Below are positions 17,302 to 24,428 of a DNA stretch of 64,000 nucleotides, in pieces (position 1 is the first letter of the stretch; every line of letters begins with the position of its first letter). The DNA lies in the IMG/VR virus record IMGVR_UViG_3300035182_002586, positions 434,001 through 498,000 of that record; one strand, written 5' to 3'. A model generated the notes under the pieces. It made no database searches, had not been told where the DNA came from, and saw only the letters and a program-made list of their open reading frames with translations. A program made the position numbers and the translations under genes.

Positions 17302-17883
17302 ATGCCTCCGAAGAAGATCACGCTCCCCGAAGACGCGACGCTCCAGGCCGCACGAGATGCCGTCGAGTTCGGAAGAACTGGCCGCGAGGGGGTGATCTGC
17401 CCCTGCTGCGATCAGCAGGCTACGATGTACCGGCGCAAGGTCACCGCAGCCATGGCGAAGGTACTCCTGGCGCTCTACTGCCGGGATCTGACGGCACCCG
17501 GCGCTTGGGTTCGCATCCCGTCTCTTCTCAGCACGATGAAGGGGGCCGACGGCCAGGGAGGCGATTGGGGGAAACTCGCCCACTGGGACCTCGTAGAGAA
17601 GGGCACTGGGAAGCGTGAGGACGGCAGTAGCCGCACGGGCTACGCCCGAATCACGTCCTTCGGTCGGAAGTTCGCAGCACGGGGTGCCCGGATCCTACAG
17701 ATCGCACACGTCTTCAACGACAAGTGCTTCGGTTACGACGGACCCCTCGTCACCATCGACGACTGCCTCGGGAAAGAAAACGCCTTCCTGTACAACGAGA
17801 TCCTCTCGGGCGTCAGCATCCCAGAAGAGGACACCCGGGAGGAGCCGACCGAAGAGGCGAAGTTCTTCGAGTCCCTCATCTGA
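17302..17883 (+). CDS. conserved-looking phage protein (CPCC motif, probable winged helix)
   Basis: G..CPCC.Q...YRRK, GDWGKLAHW, YARITSFG. Confidence 0.75.
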   Translation: MPPKKITLPEDATLQAARDAVEFGRTGREGVICPCCDQQATMYRRKVTAAMAKVLLALYCRDLTAPGAWVRIPSLLSTMKGADGQGGDWGKLAHWDLVEKGTGKREDGSSRTGYARITSFGRKFAARGARILQIAHVFNDKCFGYDGPLVTIDDCLGKENAFLYNEILSGVSIPEEDTREEPTEEAKFFESLI

Positions 17884-18251
17884 TGAGCCGCGAGAACCCC
17901 CAAGTCCAAGTGCTCCTGGCCCCCATCGACCAGGACTCCGCTGGAAGCTGCTTGCTTCTCGCACGCAACATCCGAGCGTGGGGGATCTCGTGTCTCGTGG
18001 ACGGGCGCGCCGTCCGCCTGAAAAAGAAGATCGAGTGGGCCGTGAAGATGGACGCGTTCTTCGTCCTCATCGTCGGGCCGGACGACATCGCAGCCGGAGT
18101 GGTGCAGATCAAGGACCTCGACGAGAGCACCCAACAGACGGTCCCCCTCGCGAACACCCCCCGCTACCTCGCCGGCCAGCTCCTCGCCCCCGACGAGATG
18201 CGGCGGATCAAGCTGGACCGGGAAGTCGAAGACTTCAACAAGCAAGGCTGA
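17883..18251 (+). CDS. stand-alone class II aaRS (HisRS-like) anticodon-binding domain
   Basis: VLLAPID..A...L.LA..IR..GI.C.VD....RLKKKIEWA.K...FVLIVG.D....G.V.IKDL....Q..VPL. Confidence 0.75.
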   Translation: MSRENPQVQVLLAPIDQDSAGSCLLLARNIRAWGISCLVDGRAVRLKKKIEWAVKMDAFFVLIVGPDDIAAGVVQIKDLDESTQQTVPLANTPRYLAGQLLAPDEMRRIKLDREVEDFNKQG

Positions 18252-18284
18252 GATCCGGTGTTACGCTTGGCCGAGGCCAGGAGG

Positions 18285-18842
18285 ATGAACATGGATCGAA
18301 GGACCGCCATCAGCACGCTTACCGGGATCGCTGCACTCACCGTCGCCGCACCCGCGCTCGCAGCCGCGCCGGGCACCCCTACCACGACTCCGGGGTGCCC
18401 GAAGGATCACGAGTACATCGCCCTCGTCATCAGAACCCCCACGGCGCTCAAGACCAAGGAGGGCGTCGCCGAAGCCCTCCGGCAGAGGGTGCGGACCGAG
18501 CTGGCGAACCTTCCCGGGTGGGGCTACTGCGGGCTGATCCGGATCCGCGCCGAGGGCATCGACGAGAGCCTGACGGAAAAGGACCGTCTGGCCCACCTCG
18601 CGATGGTCGAGGAGACGGTGAAGAACGATCCCGATTACGTGTTCGTCGCGAACTACGCCGCTAACGAGTGGCGGGTACGGGACGCAACGGTCGTGCTGGA
18701 AGAGGAAGCGGCCGACTTCACGTTCAAGCACCAGGAGTACGAGTGGCTCGTCGACGAGACGCTCAAGAACTGGACGCACGGGTTCGCGCCCTCCCACATC
18801 GAGTTCATCGCCTACGTGTCCGCTCCCAAGAAGAAGGCGTGA
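18285..18842 (+). CDS. putative Tat-exported protein
   Basis: MDRRTAISTLTGIAALTVAAPALAAA twin-Arg, h-region, AxA; AGGAGG SD. Confidence 0.65.
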   Translation: MNMDRRTAISTLTGIAALTVAAPALAAAPGTPTTTPGCPKDHEYIALVIRTPTALKTKEGVAEALRQRVRTELANLPGWGYCGLIRIRAEGIDESLTEKDRLAHLAMVEETVKNDPDYVFVANYAANEWRVRDATVVLEEEAADFTFKHQEYEWLVDETLKNWTHGFAPSHIEFIAYVSAPKKKA

Positions 18843-18855
18843 CGCTTCGGGCCCC

Positions 18856-18862
18856 GGTGTAC
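18856..18862 (+). promoter_or_regulatory. class B element GGTGTAC
   Basis: 11 nt to ATG 18874. Confidence 0.55.
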
Positions 18863-18873
18863 GCGGACTGCCC

Positions 18874-19503
18874 ATGCAGTACGTGATCGAGACGCGAGAC
18901 GGGGAGAAGCCGTGGGAGCCCTTCACCGAGCCCACCCTCGGCTTCGCGATTCTCGGCAAGGGGACGCAGCAGCTCAACCAGGTCCAGCGGATCTACCGGA
19001 CCGAGAAAGAGGCTGAGGATCGCGTGGGGGAGCTAGAGCGGCGCCTCCCCCGAAAGTCCCCACTCGCGTACCGGGCCGTGGGCCTCCAACGACCGAACCT
19101 CGAAACCCCTGAGTTCGAGTGGGCCCGTGATGGCGCCCCCACGGCCGAGACTATCGCCGCCAAGAAGGCCGAGCTGGACGAGCGCCTCATCGCCCTGGAA
19201 GCGGAGAAGGCCAAGCTCACCGAGGAGTCCAACCAGCTTCTTGGGTACACCCTGGTCACATGTACCCGGAACTGTCATGGCCCCGGGTGCGGCAAGGCCA
19301 CCCCCATCCGCGAGCTGGTCTACATCCAGACGCACTGGTACGTCGAGCCTCACGGCTGCACGGGTGGGGACTATTGGAGAGCAGGGGAGGGCAACTTCGA
19401 CTGCCCTCACTGCGGGCACCGCAACCGGCTCTATGACCGCAAGCCCATCGAAGCGCTCAGGCACCTGTTCCGGGGCGTCACCAACGAACACCGGGACAGG
19501 TAG
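18874..19503 (+). CDS. hypothetical protein, coiled coil plus Cys cluster
   Basis: 209 aa ORF; CTRNC..GCG, CPHCG. Confidence 0.75.
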   Translation: MQYVIETRDGEKPWEPFTEPTLGFAILGKGTQQLNQVQRIYRTEKEAEDRVGELERRLPRKSPLAYRAVGLQRPNLETPEFEWARDGAPTAETIAAKKAELDERLIALEAEKAKLTEESNQLLGYTLVTCTRNCHGPGCGKATPIRELVYIQTHWYVEPHGCTGGDYWRAGEGNFDCPHCGHRNRLYDRKPIEALRHLFRGVTNEHRDR

Positions 19504-19971
19504 CTACCCGAGGGTGACCATCGAGGCGTAGGCAGCAGGCTTCGGAGGGTCGACCTTCATCGTGGTCAGGTGTCCCAACGAGTGGGCGAACGTGATGATC
19601 CACGCCTTCAAGTAGACCCCCGTGACACGGTGGACCGTGCGTCCGGGCCCCGCCAGTGCCTTGGCTGCCAGGACGACCTTCTCCTCAGGGGTCTTGGCCG
19701 GGACACGGACGATGCGGTCCGGTACGGGCAGAGAGCCCTCGACGGTGCATGTGACGACCAGGTAGGTGTCTGCCGGGGCGATGGAGCGGAACATCCCGTG
19801 ATAGGGCTGCGGAACGTCGTCGAGGCTGGCGATTGGGGGTGCCATCGTCTCCACGGCTCCGACCGCTCCGTCCCGCATCAGGTCGAGAACCTCGGCCGGG
19901 TCTGTCACGCCCTCCTCCGCCAGCACAGCGAGGATCTTCCTGCCCACTCGTTCCTTCTTCGCAGTGTCCAT
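19504..19971 (-). CDS. hypothetical protein
   Basis: TATGCT 7 nt upstream of ATG. Confidence 0.65.
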   Translation of the reverse strand: MDTAKKERVGRKILAVLAEEGVTDPAEVLDLMRDGAVGAVETMAPPIASLDDVPQPYHGMFRSIAPADTYLVVTCTVEGSLPVPDRIVRVPAKTPEEKVVLAAKALAGPGRTVHRVTGVYLKAWIITFAHSLGHLTTMKVDPPKPAAYASMVTLG

Positions 19972-19978
19972 CTCGCGA

Positions 19979-19984
19979 AGCATA
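19979..19984 (-). promoter_or_regulatory. -10-like TATGCT (leaderless spacing)
   Basis: 7 nt to ATG 19971. Confidence 0.45.
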
Positions 19985-19998
19985 ACCACGCTGCATGA

Positions 19999-20005
19999 GG
20001 TGTAG
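19999..20005 (+). promoter_or_regulatory. class B element GGTGTAG
   Basis: 9 nt to ATG 20015. Confidence 0.6.
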
Positions 20006-20014
20006 AAGCGGATC

Positions 20015-20299
20015 ATGAGCACCGAACCCGCCCTCATGACCTTCGAGATGCTTCGCGACATCGCCACCCGGAAGGGCACGGTCCGCTGGACGGCCTCGGG
20101 CATCGTCGAGCACCTGCGGCTACACAAGAAGGGCTTCGTGATCGCCCGGAAGGTCAAGGACACCAAGGAGCACCGGATCAAGACCCACGACGACGGCTAC
20201 CGCTGCATCGAGGTCGCCAGGGACTCTCGGTTCCCGTCCGACCATCCGGAGGGCTTCGTCCCCACGATCCCCGCCGAGACACTCACGGGCCTGGTGTAG
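20015..20299 (+). CDS. hypothetical protein
   Basis: 94 aa ORF. Confidence 0.7.
   Translation: MSTEPALMTFEMLRDIATRKGTVRWTASGIVEHLRLHKKGFVIARKVKDTKEHRIKTHDDGYRCIEVARDSRFPSDHPEGFVPTIPAETLTGLV
20293..20299 (+). promoter_or_regulatory. class B element GGTGTAG doubling as Val-stop
   Basis: 8 nt to ATG 20308. Confidence 0.6.
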
Positions 20300-20307
20300 T
20301 CAGGACC

Positions 20308-21057
20308 ATGGAGACTGACACCGAGCGGCTGGTCCGAGAGGCAGAAGAGGCGGGGAAGAAATTGCTGGCCGACCTCCAGCAAGAGACCGACGCCCTACGC
20401 GAGAGGCTTCTCCCCATCGGAGAGACCCTTCGAGAAGCCGAGGTGTACCACGAGCGTGGGAGCACAGCCGGCTCGATGGTGTTCGTCCTGAGGGCGCTCC
20501 GCGAGTACGGAGCGGTCCTCACCGGCATCCTCGACCTCATGTGTGACTCGCCCGAGAAACGGGCCGAGAAGGCTGCGAACCTACCGAAGGTGCACCACGC
20601 GCCGAAGGGGCCCCGAGCAACGTGCGGAGCCCTGCTCGTCGAATGGGACAAGTGGTCCGACACCTTCGAGGGGGTGACCTGCGAAGCGTGTCGGGCAAGG
20701 GTTAAGGAGATCCGTGCGGCGGCCAAGATGATCCCGTTCACGAGCTACCCGCGGATCCCCGTCGTCCACGTGCTTCGTGAGGGACTCCCTGTCTGTGCCT
20801 TCTCTAGCCGGGTCCCGGGGGAGTGGCCGAGCGGTCACCAGTGGGTCTCGGAGGAGCACCTCTCCGATGTCACGTGCGGCGTCTGCAAGGGCGTGACGCA
20901 ACACTACGAGATCATCGGTGGCCACACGAACGAGGTCATCGGCTGCACGACGGGTGAACACGGGAAGGAAGACGTGCTCGCCGAAGAACCTGGAGCCACC
21001 TTCCGGCCCATCACGCGAGCCGACTGTGCCTCCTGCAAAGAAGCCAGGAGCAAGTAG
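20308..21057 (+). CDS. hypothetical protein with tandem H-C-VTCxxC zinc modules
   Basis: VTCEAC, VTCGVC, DCASC. Confidence 0.75.
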   Translation: METDTERLVREAEEAGKKLLADLQQETDALRERLLPIGETLREAEVYHERGSTAGSMVFVLRALREYGAVLTGILDLMCDSPEKRAEKAANLPKVHHAPKGPRATCGALLVEWDKWSDTFEGVTCEACRARVKEIRAAAKMIPFTSYPRIPVVHVLREGLPVCAFSSRVPGEWPSGHQWVSEEHLSDVTCGVCKGVTQHYEIIGGHTNEVIGCTTGEHGKEDVLAEEPGATFRPITRADCASCKEARSK

Positions 21058-21060
21058 CCC

Positions 21061-21366
21061 GTGACGAAGACCGCAGCGGAAGCGGAGGAGCGGCGCGCGT
21101 GGGAGTGGATCCACGCGCAGTGCGAAGCGCACGGGGTTACGTGGAAGACTCTCAGCCTGGCAGAGCAGCGAGACCTTACGCGAGCGATCCCCTGCAACCT
21201 CCGATGCTGGAGGGTCGGAGGTGCGGTCGACACGACCCCCGGGCAACCCTGCCCCGAGTGCGGCCGCCCGGTTCCACACCTCTCGCTGTGGGAGCGTCTG
21301 GTGGATGACGAGCACGGACCGATGGATCCCCACGTTCTACGCACGGTAGATGGACGGGAGATCTAA
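21061..21366 (+). CDS. zinc-ribbon protein with LWERL motif near C-terminus
   Basis: CNLRC, CPECG, HLSLWERLVDDEHGP. Confidence 0.7.
   Translation: MTKTAAEAEERRAWEWIHAQCEAHGVTWKTLSLAEQRDLTRAIPCNLRCWRVGGAVDTTPGQPCPECGRPVPHLSLWERLVDDEHGPMDPHVLRTVDGREI
21321..21349 (+). promoter_or_regulatory. class A promoter (N17), leadered
   Basis: embedded in 3' end of upstream ORF; GGGAG SD then ATG 21369. Confidence 0.7.
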
Positions 21367-21368
21367 CC

Positions 21369-21569
21369 ATGTCCGCACGCAAGTACTCCGAACCCCTTCG
21401 CGCCTGTGCCGCCGAGATCGCCGAAGAAGTCGTCTTCACCGGCCGAAGCACCGGATGGTCCGGCACCCTCGAACAGTGCGAGGAGGTCCAGGACATCCTC
21501 CGCCCCTTCAACATCGCGTACGTCGACGACATGCTCGGCGAGTATGCGGCCCGCCCCCCGAAGCCGTAG
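21369..21569 (+). CDS. hypothetical protein
   Basis: 66 aa ORF. Confidence 0.65.
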   Translation: MSARKYSEPLRACAAEIAEEVVFTGRSTGWSGTLEQCEEVQDILRPFNIAYVDDMLGEYAARPPKP

Positions 21570-21575
21570 GCGAGC

Positions 21576-21797
21576 ATGGACGACGAGCCCTTCCTCTTCG
21601 CCTTCACGGCCGTAGTCGACTCGCGAGGCTATCTGGTCGGGCGTGCAGATGTCGGCACGAAGGGCTACACACCCGTTCTCCGTGAGGGGTTCTTCCCCAC
21701 ATACCACGCCGCGAAGGCGAGGGCCGAAGAGTTGAACAAACTCATGGGGATACCCAACGACGAGGCCGATCGCATCGTCACCAGCACGATGCGCTAG
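21576..21797 (+). CDS. hypothetical protein
   Basis: 73 aa ORF. Confidence 0.7.
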   Translation: MDDEPFLFAFTAVVDSRGYLVGRADVGTKGYTPVLREGFFPTYHAAKARAEELNKLMGIPNDEADRIVTSTMR

Positions 21798-21827
21798 CTG
21801 TAAAGCACAGACGAGGCGCACCACAGA

Positions 21828-21860
21828 GGGTAAATCGATCGAACCCCGGTCGATTTACCC
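21828..21860. terminator. hairpin between convergent genes
   Basis: GGGTAAATCGA-N11-TCGATTTACCC perfect 11-bp inverted repeat. Confidence 0.6.
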
Positions 21861-22073
21861 TTCAAGTGCTTCCTGAGAGGTGTACGCAGACCATGCGTCA
21901 TGGCTGTGGAAAACACGTGCACGGAGGGCAAGCAGTCCGAATTTTAACGTGACTTCGCGCAACGGACCCGTACTTCGGGCACCTAGAGTCAACCTCCACT
22001 CAATGAGCGGGGCGTAGACCTGCACGATGAAGCCGTAACCCCCACACTTCCAGCACGGCGGGTCTTTGGTCAC
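21855..22073 (-). CDS. hypothetical protein (CWKCGG)
   Basis: class B element 9 nt upstream; lower GC. Confidence 0.5.
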   Translation of the reverse strand: MTKDPPCWKCGGYGFIVQVYAPLIEWRLTLGARSTGPLREVTLKFGLLALRARVFHSHDAWSAYTSQEALEG

Positions 22074-22082
22074 GTTGACCCT

Positions 22083-22103
22083 CTACACCGCGCTGTGGTG
22101 TAG
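22083..22103. promoter_or_regulatory. divergent class B pair TACACC-N7-GGTGTA
   Basis: 9 nt to GTG 22073 (-) and 9 nt to ATG 22113 (+). Confidence 0.7.
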
Positions 22104-22112
22104 GGTAGAAGC

Positions 22113-22595
22113 ATGATGCCCCGGCTGACGGAGAACGTCGCCCACCCCCTCTCCACGTTCAAGCGCTGCCAGCTCTGTGGCTTCGAGGGTCACCGGGACA
22201 TCTGCGAGTTCCGCATGTGGGTCGAGTGCGACGAACAGGACAAGCCCGAGCCGGGCAACGTTCTGGTCGTCTGCCGTGGGGAAGCGTGCCGGAAGGCCAT
22301 CAGCGACCACCCACGGCTCTACATCGAGGTACCGTGGGGCGAGGGCCTCCCCGGGCACTTCATGCTCCTGTGCGGCGACTGTGCCTTCCGGAAAGGGGTT
22401 GGCTGCACGCACCCCGACCTCAAGTCGAACGGGGGCGCCGGGTTGAAGGTCAGCATCGGCGGGCCCTTCTCAAACGTCCGGGTGTGCTTCTCGGACGGGA
22501 CCTCCAGCACGGGGCCGCACCCGGCTGTCGAATGCATCGGGCAGACGGCGATCCCGCCGCCCTCCGTGTGGGAGCGCCTCGGGGAAGACCTCTAA
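22113..22595 (+). CDS. Cys-rich hypothetical protein with VWERL tail
   Basis: CQLCG, CGDC; ends IPPPSVWERLGEDL. Confidence 0.75.
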   Translation: MMPRLTENVAHPLSTFKRCQLCGFEGHRDICEFRMWVECDEQDKPEPGNVLVVCRGEACRKAISDHPRLYIEVPWGEGLPGHFMLLCGDCAFRKGVGCTHPDLKSNGGAGLKVSIGGPFSNVRVCFSDGTSSTGPHPAVECIGQTAIPPPSVWERLGEDL

Positions 22596-22597
22596 AA

Positions 22598-23020
22598 CTA
22601 CGGAAGAAACTCGAACGGAAGAGAGTCCAGGAACAGGACTGTCCCTCGTGAGGCTTCGTGTCGAACGAAGGTATCGACCCCGAAGAAGGCTCCCACATAA
22701 CCTCTTGGCCCCGGGCTGAGTCCCTGACCGAGGGCTGCGAACTGAGCCACCCCGTTAAGCGCGTGGAGGATGTCGGCGAAGTCGGCCGGGTGGATGACCA
22801 TGGCCCGCACCGTGCGGTTCTGCCTCTGCGTCTCTGCGAGAAGCTCCCGGACGCGTTCGGCGGTTAGAGGGCCGAACCTCCGGTCCAGGTGGCCTGGGAG
22901 CGTCTGCTCTTCGAGCACGGGGACCGGAGGCTTCGGTGGTGGCGGAAGCTCTGGCTCTTCTTCCCCCGGCTCAAGGGGATCGTCGAGGAGGAGCCTCTCG
23001 TACGAGTTGAGTCGAGCCAT
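22598..23020 (-). CDS. hypothetical protein; Pro-rich N-part, capsid-A-domain-like C-part
   Basis: MVIHPADFADIL...YVGAFFGVDTFV...GTVLF. Confidence 0.65.
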   Translation of the reverse strand: MARLNSYERLLLDDPLEPGEEEPELPPPPKPPVPVLEEQTLPGHLDRRFGPLTAERVRELLAETQRQNRTVRAMVIHPADFADILHALNGVAQFAALGQGLSPGPRGYVGAFFGVDTFVRHEASRGTVLFLDSLPFEFLP

Positions 23021-23033
23021 CGCGGTTCCCCCG

Positions 23034-23040
23034 GTACACC
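23034..23040 (-). promoter_or_regulatory. class B element GGTGTAC
   Basis: 13 nt to ATG 23020; abuts class A copy at 23041. Confidence 0.55.
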
Positions 23041-23069
23041 GATGGATCGATCCCGGTCACGTGCGGTAG
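23041..23069 (+). promoter_or_regulatory. class A promoter (N17)
   Basis: 7 nt to ATG 23077. Confidence 0.8.
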
Positions 23070-23076
23070 TAGAGAC

Positions 23077-23208
23077 ATGGACAACCACTCGTACCGACGG
23101 GCTTTCAAGGCATACCGCCGCGCAAACTTCATCGTCGAGGGACCGTTTGAGAAACGCCAGGCCAACCGGGCTTCCCGTAGGCTCTCGCGGGTTCTGGTGC
23201 GCCTGTGA
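23077..23208 (+). CDS. small basic peptide (43 aa)
   Basis: behind class A motif; not in ORF track. Confidence 0.6.
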   Translation: MDNHSYRRAFKAYRRANFIVEGPFEKRQANRASRRLSRVLVRL

Positions 23209-23553
23209 GCGTCTTCATCAACAGCGTGTGGGTCAAAGAGGGCGAGTGCGTGGACTGGCCCTTGAACGTGCCCGTGAAGCTCGTCGACGGCTCGACCGCT
23301 ACGGCGCGGGAGCACCGGAAGACCAAGCAGGCACAGATCGCGGGTACAGTGGGACGGCCGCAACCGCAAGGTCACGAAGGTCCCGGACTTCGGAACGAGC
23401 TTCACGGGCACCGCGATGGCCTCGAAGGGGTGGGAGCCCCGCTGGTACATGGTCGGCAAAGCGGCATTCGCGCGCTCGACGGTCGACGGTAAGTTCTTCC
23501 CGTGTACGCACCGCCCCAAGGTCGCCCCCGGTTTCGTGATGGATCCCGCCTGA
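23205..23553 (+). pseudogene. hypothetical protein with apparent +1 frameshift near 23343
   Basis: removing one G from GCGGGTA joins MSVFINSVW...QIA to VQWDGRNRKV...MDPA*. Confidence 0.55.
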
Positions 23554-23565
23554 CCCACGTTGTAG
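23538..23565 (+). promoter_or_regulatory. class A promoter (N16)
   Basis: 7 nt to ATG 23573. Confidence 0.8.
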
Positions 23566-23572
23566 AGGAAAC

Positions 23573-23872
23573 ATGACCACCACCAAGACCCTCCGCAAAC
23601 CGACCGTCCACCTGAACGGCACGAGCCCCGACGCCCTCTTCGAGCAGCTCGCCAACGTGAACGGCGCGATCCGCAAGGCGATCAGCACCCTGCAAGAAGC
23701 TGCCCCCCACGGACGGGACTACTACCCGCAAGGGGACAACGCGATCAACGAGGCCACGAAGGAACACCTGGACCGCATCGCGCGTCTTCGGTCCGTGATG
23801 TCCGAGATCGAGGAGCTGGCCGAGCACGTGGCCGACGCGCGTGACGCGCGAGCGGCTCGGAAAGCCCGCTGA
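23573..23872 (+). CDS. conserved-looking hypothetical protein
   Basis: PTVHLNGTS..L...APHGRDYYPQG pattern. Confidence 0.75.
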   Translation: MTTTKTLRKPTVHLNGTSPDALFEQLANVNGAIRKAISTLQEAAPHGRDYYPQGDNAINEATKEHLDRIARLRSVMSEIEELAEHVADARDARAARKAR

Positions 23873-23890
23873 CGCACAGCGTAAGAACGT

Positions 23891-23930
23891 GGCCACAGGT
23901 TCTCCCGAACCTGTGGCCTTTCGGCTATTT
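23891..23930 (+). terminator. rho-independent terminator
   Basis: GGCCACAGGTTC-tccc-GAACCTGTGGCC followed by T-rich tract. Confidence 0.7.
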
Positions 23931-23976
23931 ACCGCATCCTTTTCGCGGTCGAAATCAGGCTTCGGCTCCGTGACCT

Positions 23977-23983
23977 GGTGTAC
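23977..23983 (+). promoter_or_regulatory. class B element GGTGTAC (leadered)
   Basis: intergenic, after terminator, before ATG 24057. Confidence 0.45.
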
Positions 23984-24056
23984 GGGATAGGGACAACCTA
24001 CCTCTGGAACTCGGTGTTGGCCGAGACCCCCAAGACACGAAAGGAGTCGGACAGGC

Positions 24057-24359
24057 ATGGCAGCCGAAACGATGTCAATGAAGGTCCTCGCGGCGCTGAA
24101 CGAGGGGGCCAAGACCCTCGCAGACGTCACAGAGAAGACGGGGATCCCTCGGCCCAAGACCTACGCAACGCTCCACCAGCTCCTCAAGGAAGGCAAGGCC
24201 ACCAGAACCGGGCCGCGCGGATGGGAACGAGGCCGATGGGCACCCTCCGCAGCGGCGACCTCAGAAGAAGCGACCCCCTCAGAGGAGACGATCGAGGAAC
24301 CGAAGTCAGGGATTCGCACTCGAAGCACGATGCGCTCCGCCACCCGCCTCGCCGGCTGA
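24057..24359 (+). CDS. TrmB/IclR-like winged-helix DNA-binding protein
   Basis: VLAAL..GAKTLADV.EKTGIPRPKTY.TL..L.KEG. Confidence 0.7.
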   Translation: MAAETMSMKVLAALNEGAKTLADVTEKTGIPRPKTYATLHQLLKEGKATRTGPRGWERGRWAPSAAATSEEATPSEETIEEPKSGIRTRSTMRSATRLAG

Positions 24360-24372
24360 CACCGCAGAACGA

Positions 24373-24412
24373 CGAAAGGCTCCCGACCCCGCGATGGGGT
24401 GGGAGCCTTTCG
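24373..24412. terminator. bidirectional hairpin between convergent genes
   Basis: CGAAAGGCTCCC(g)ACCCC-gcgat-GGGGTGGGAGCCTTTCG. Confidence 0.65.
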
Positions 24413-24428
24413 CACGTCCGGGGGTCGA

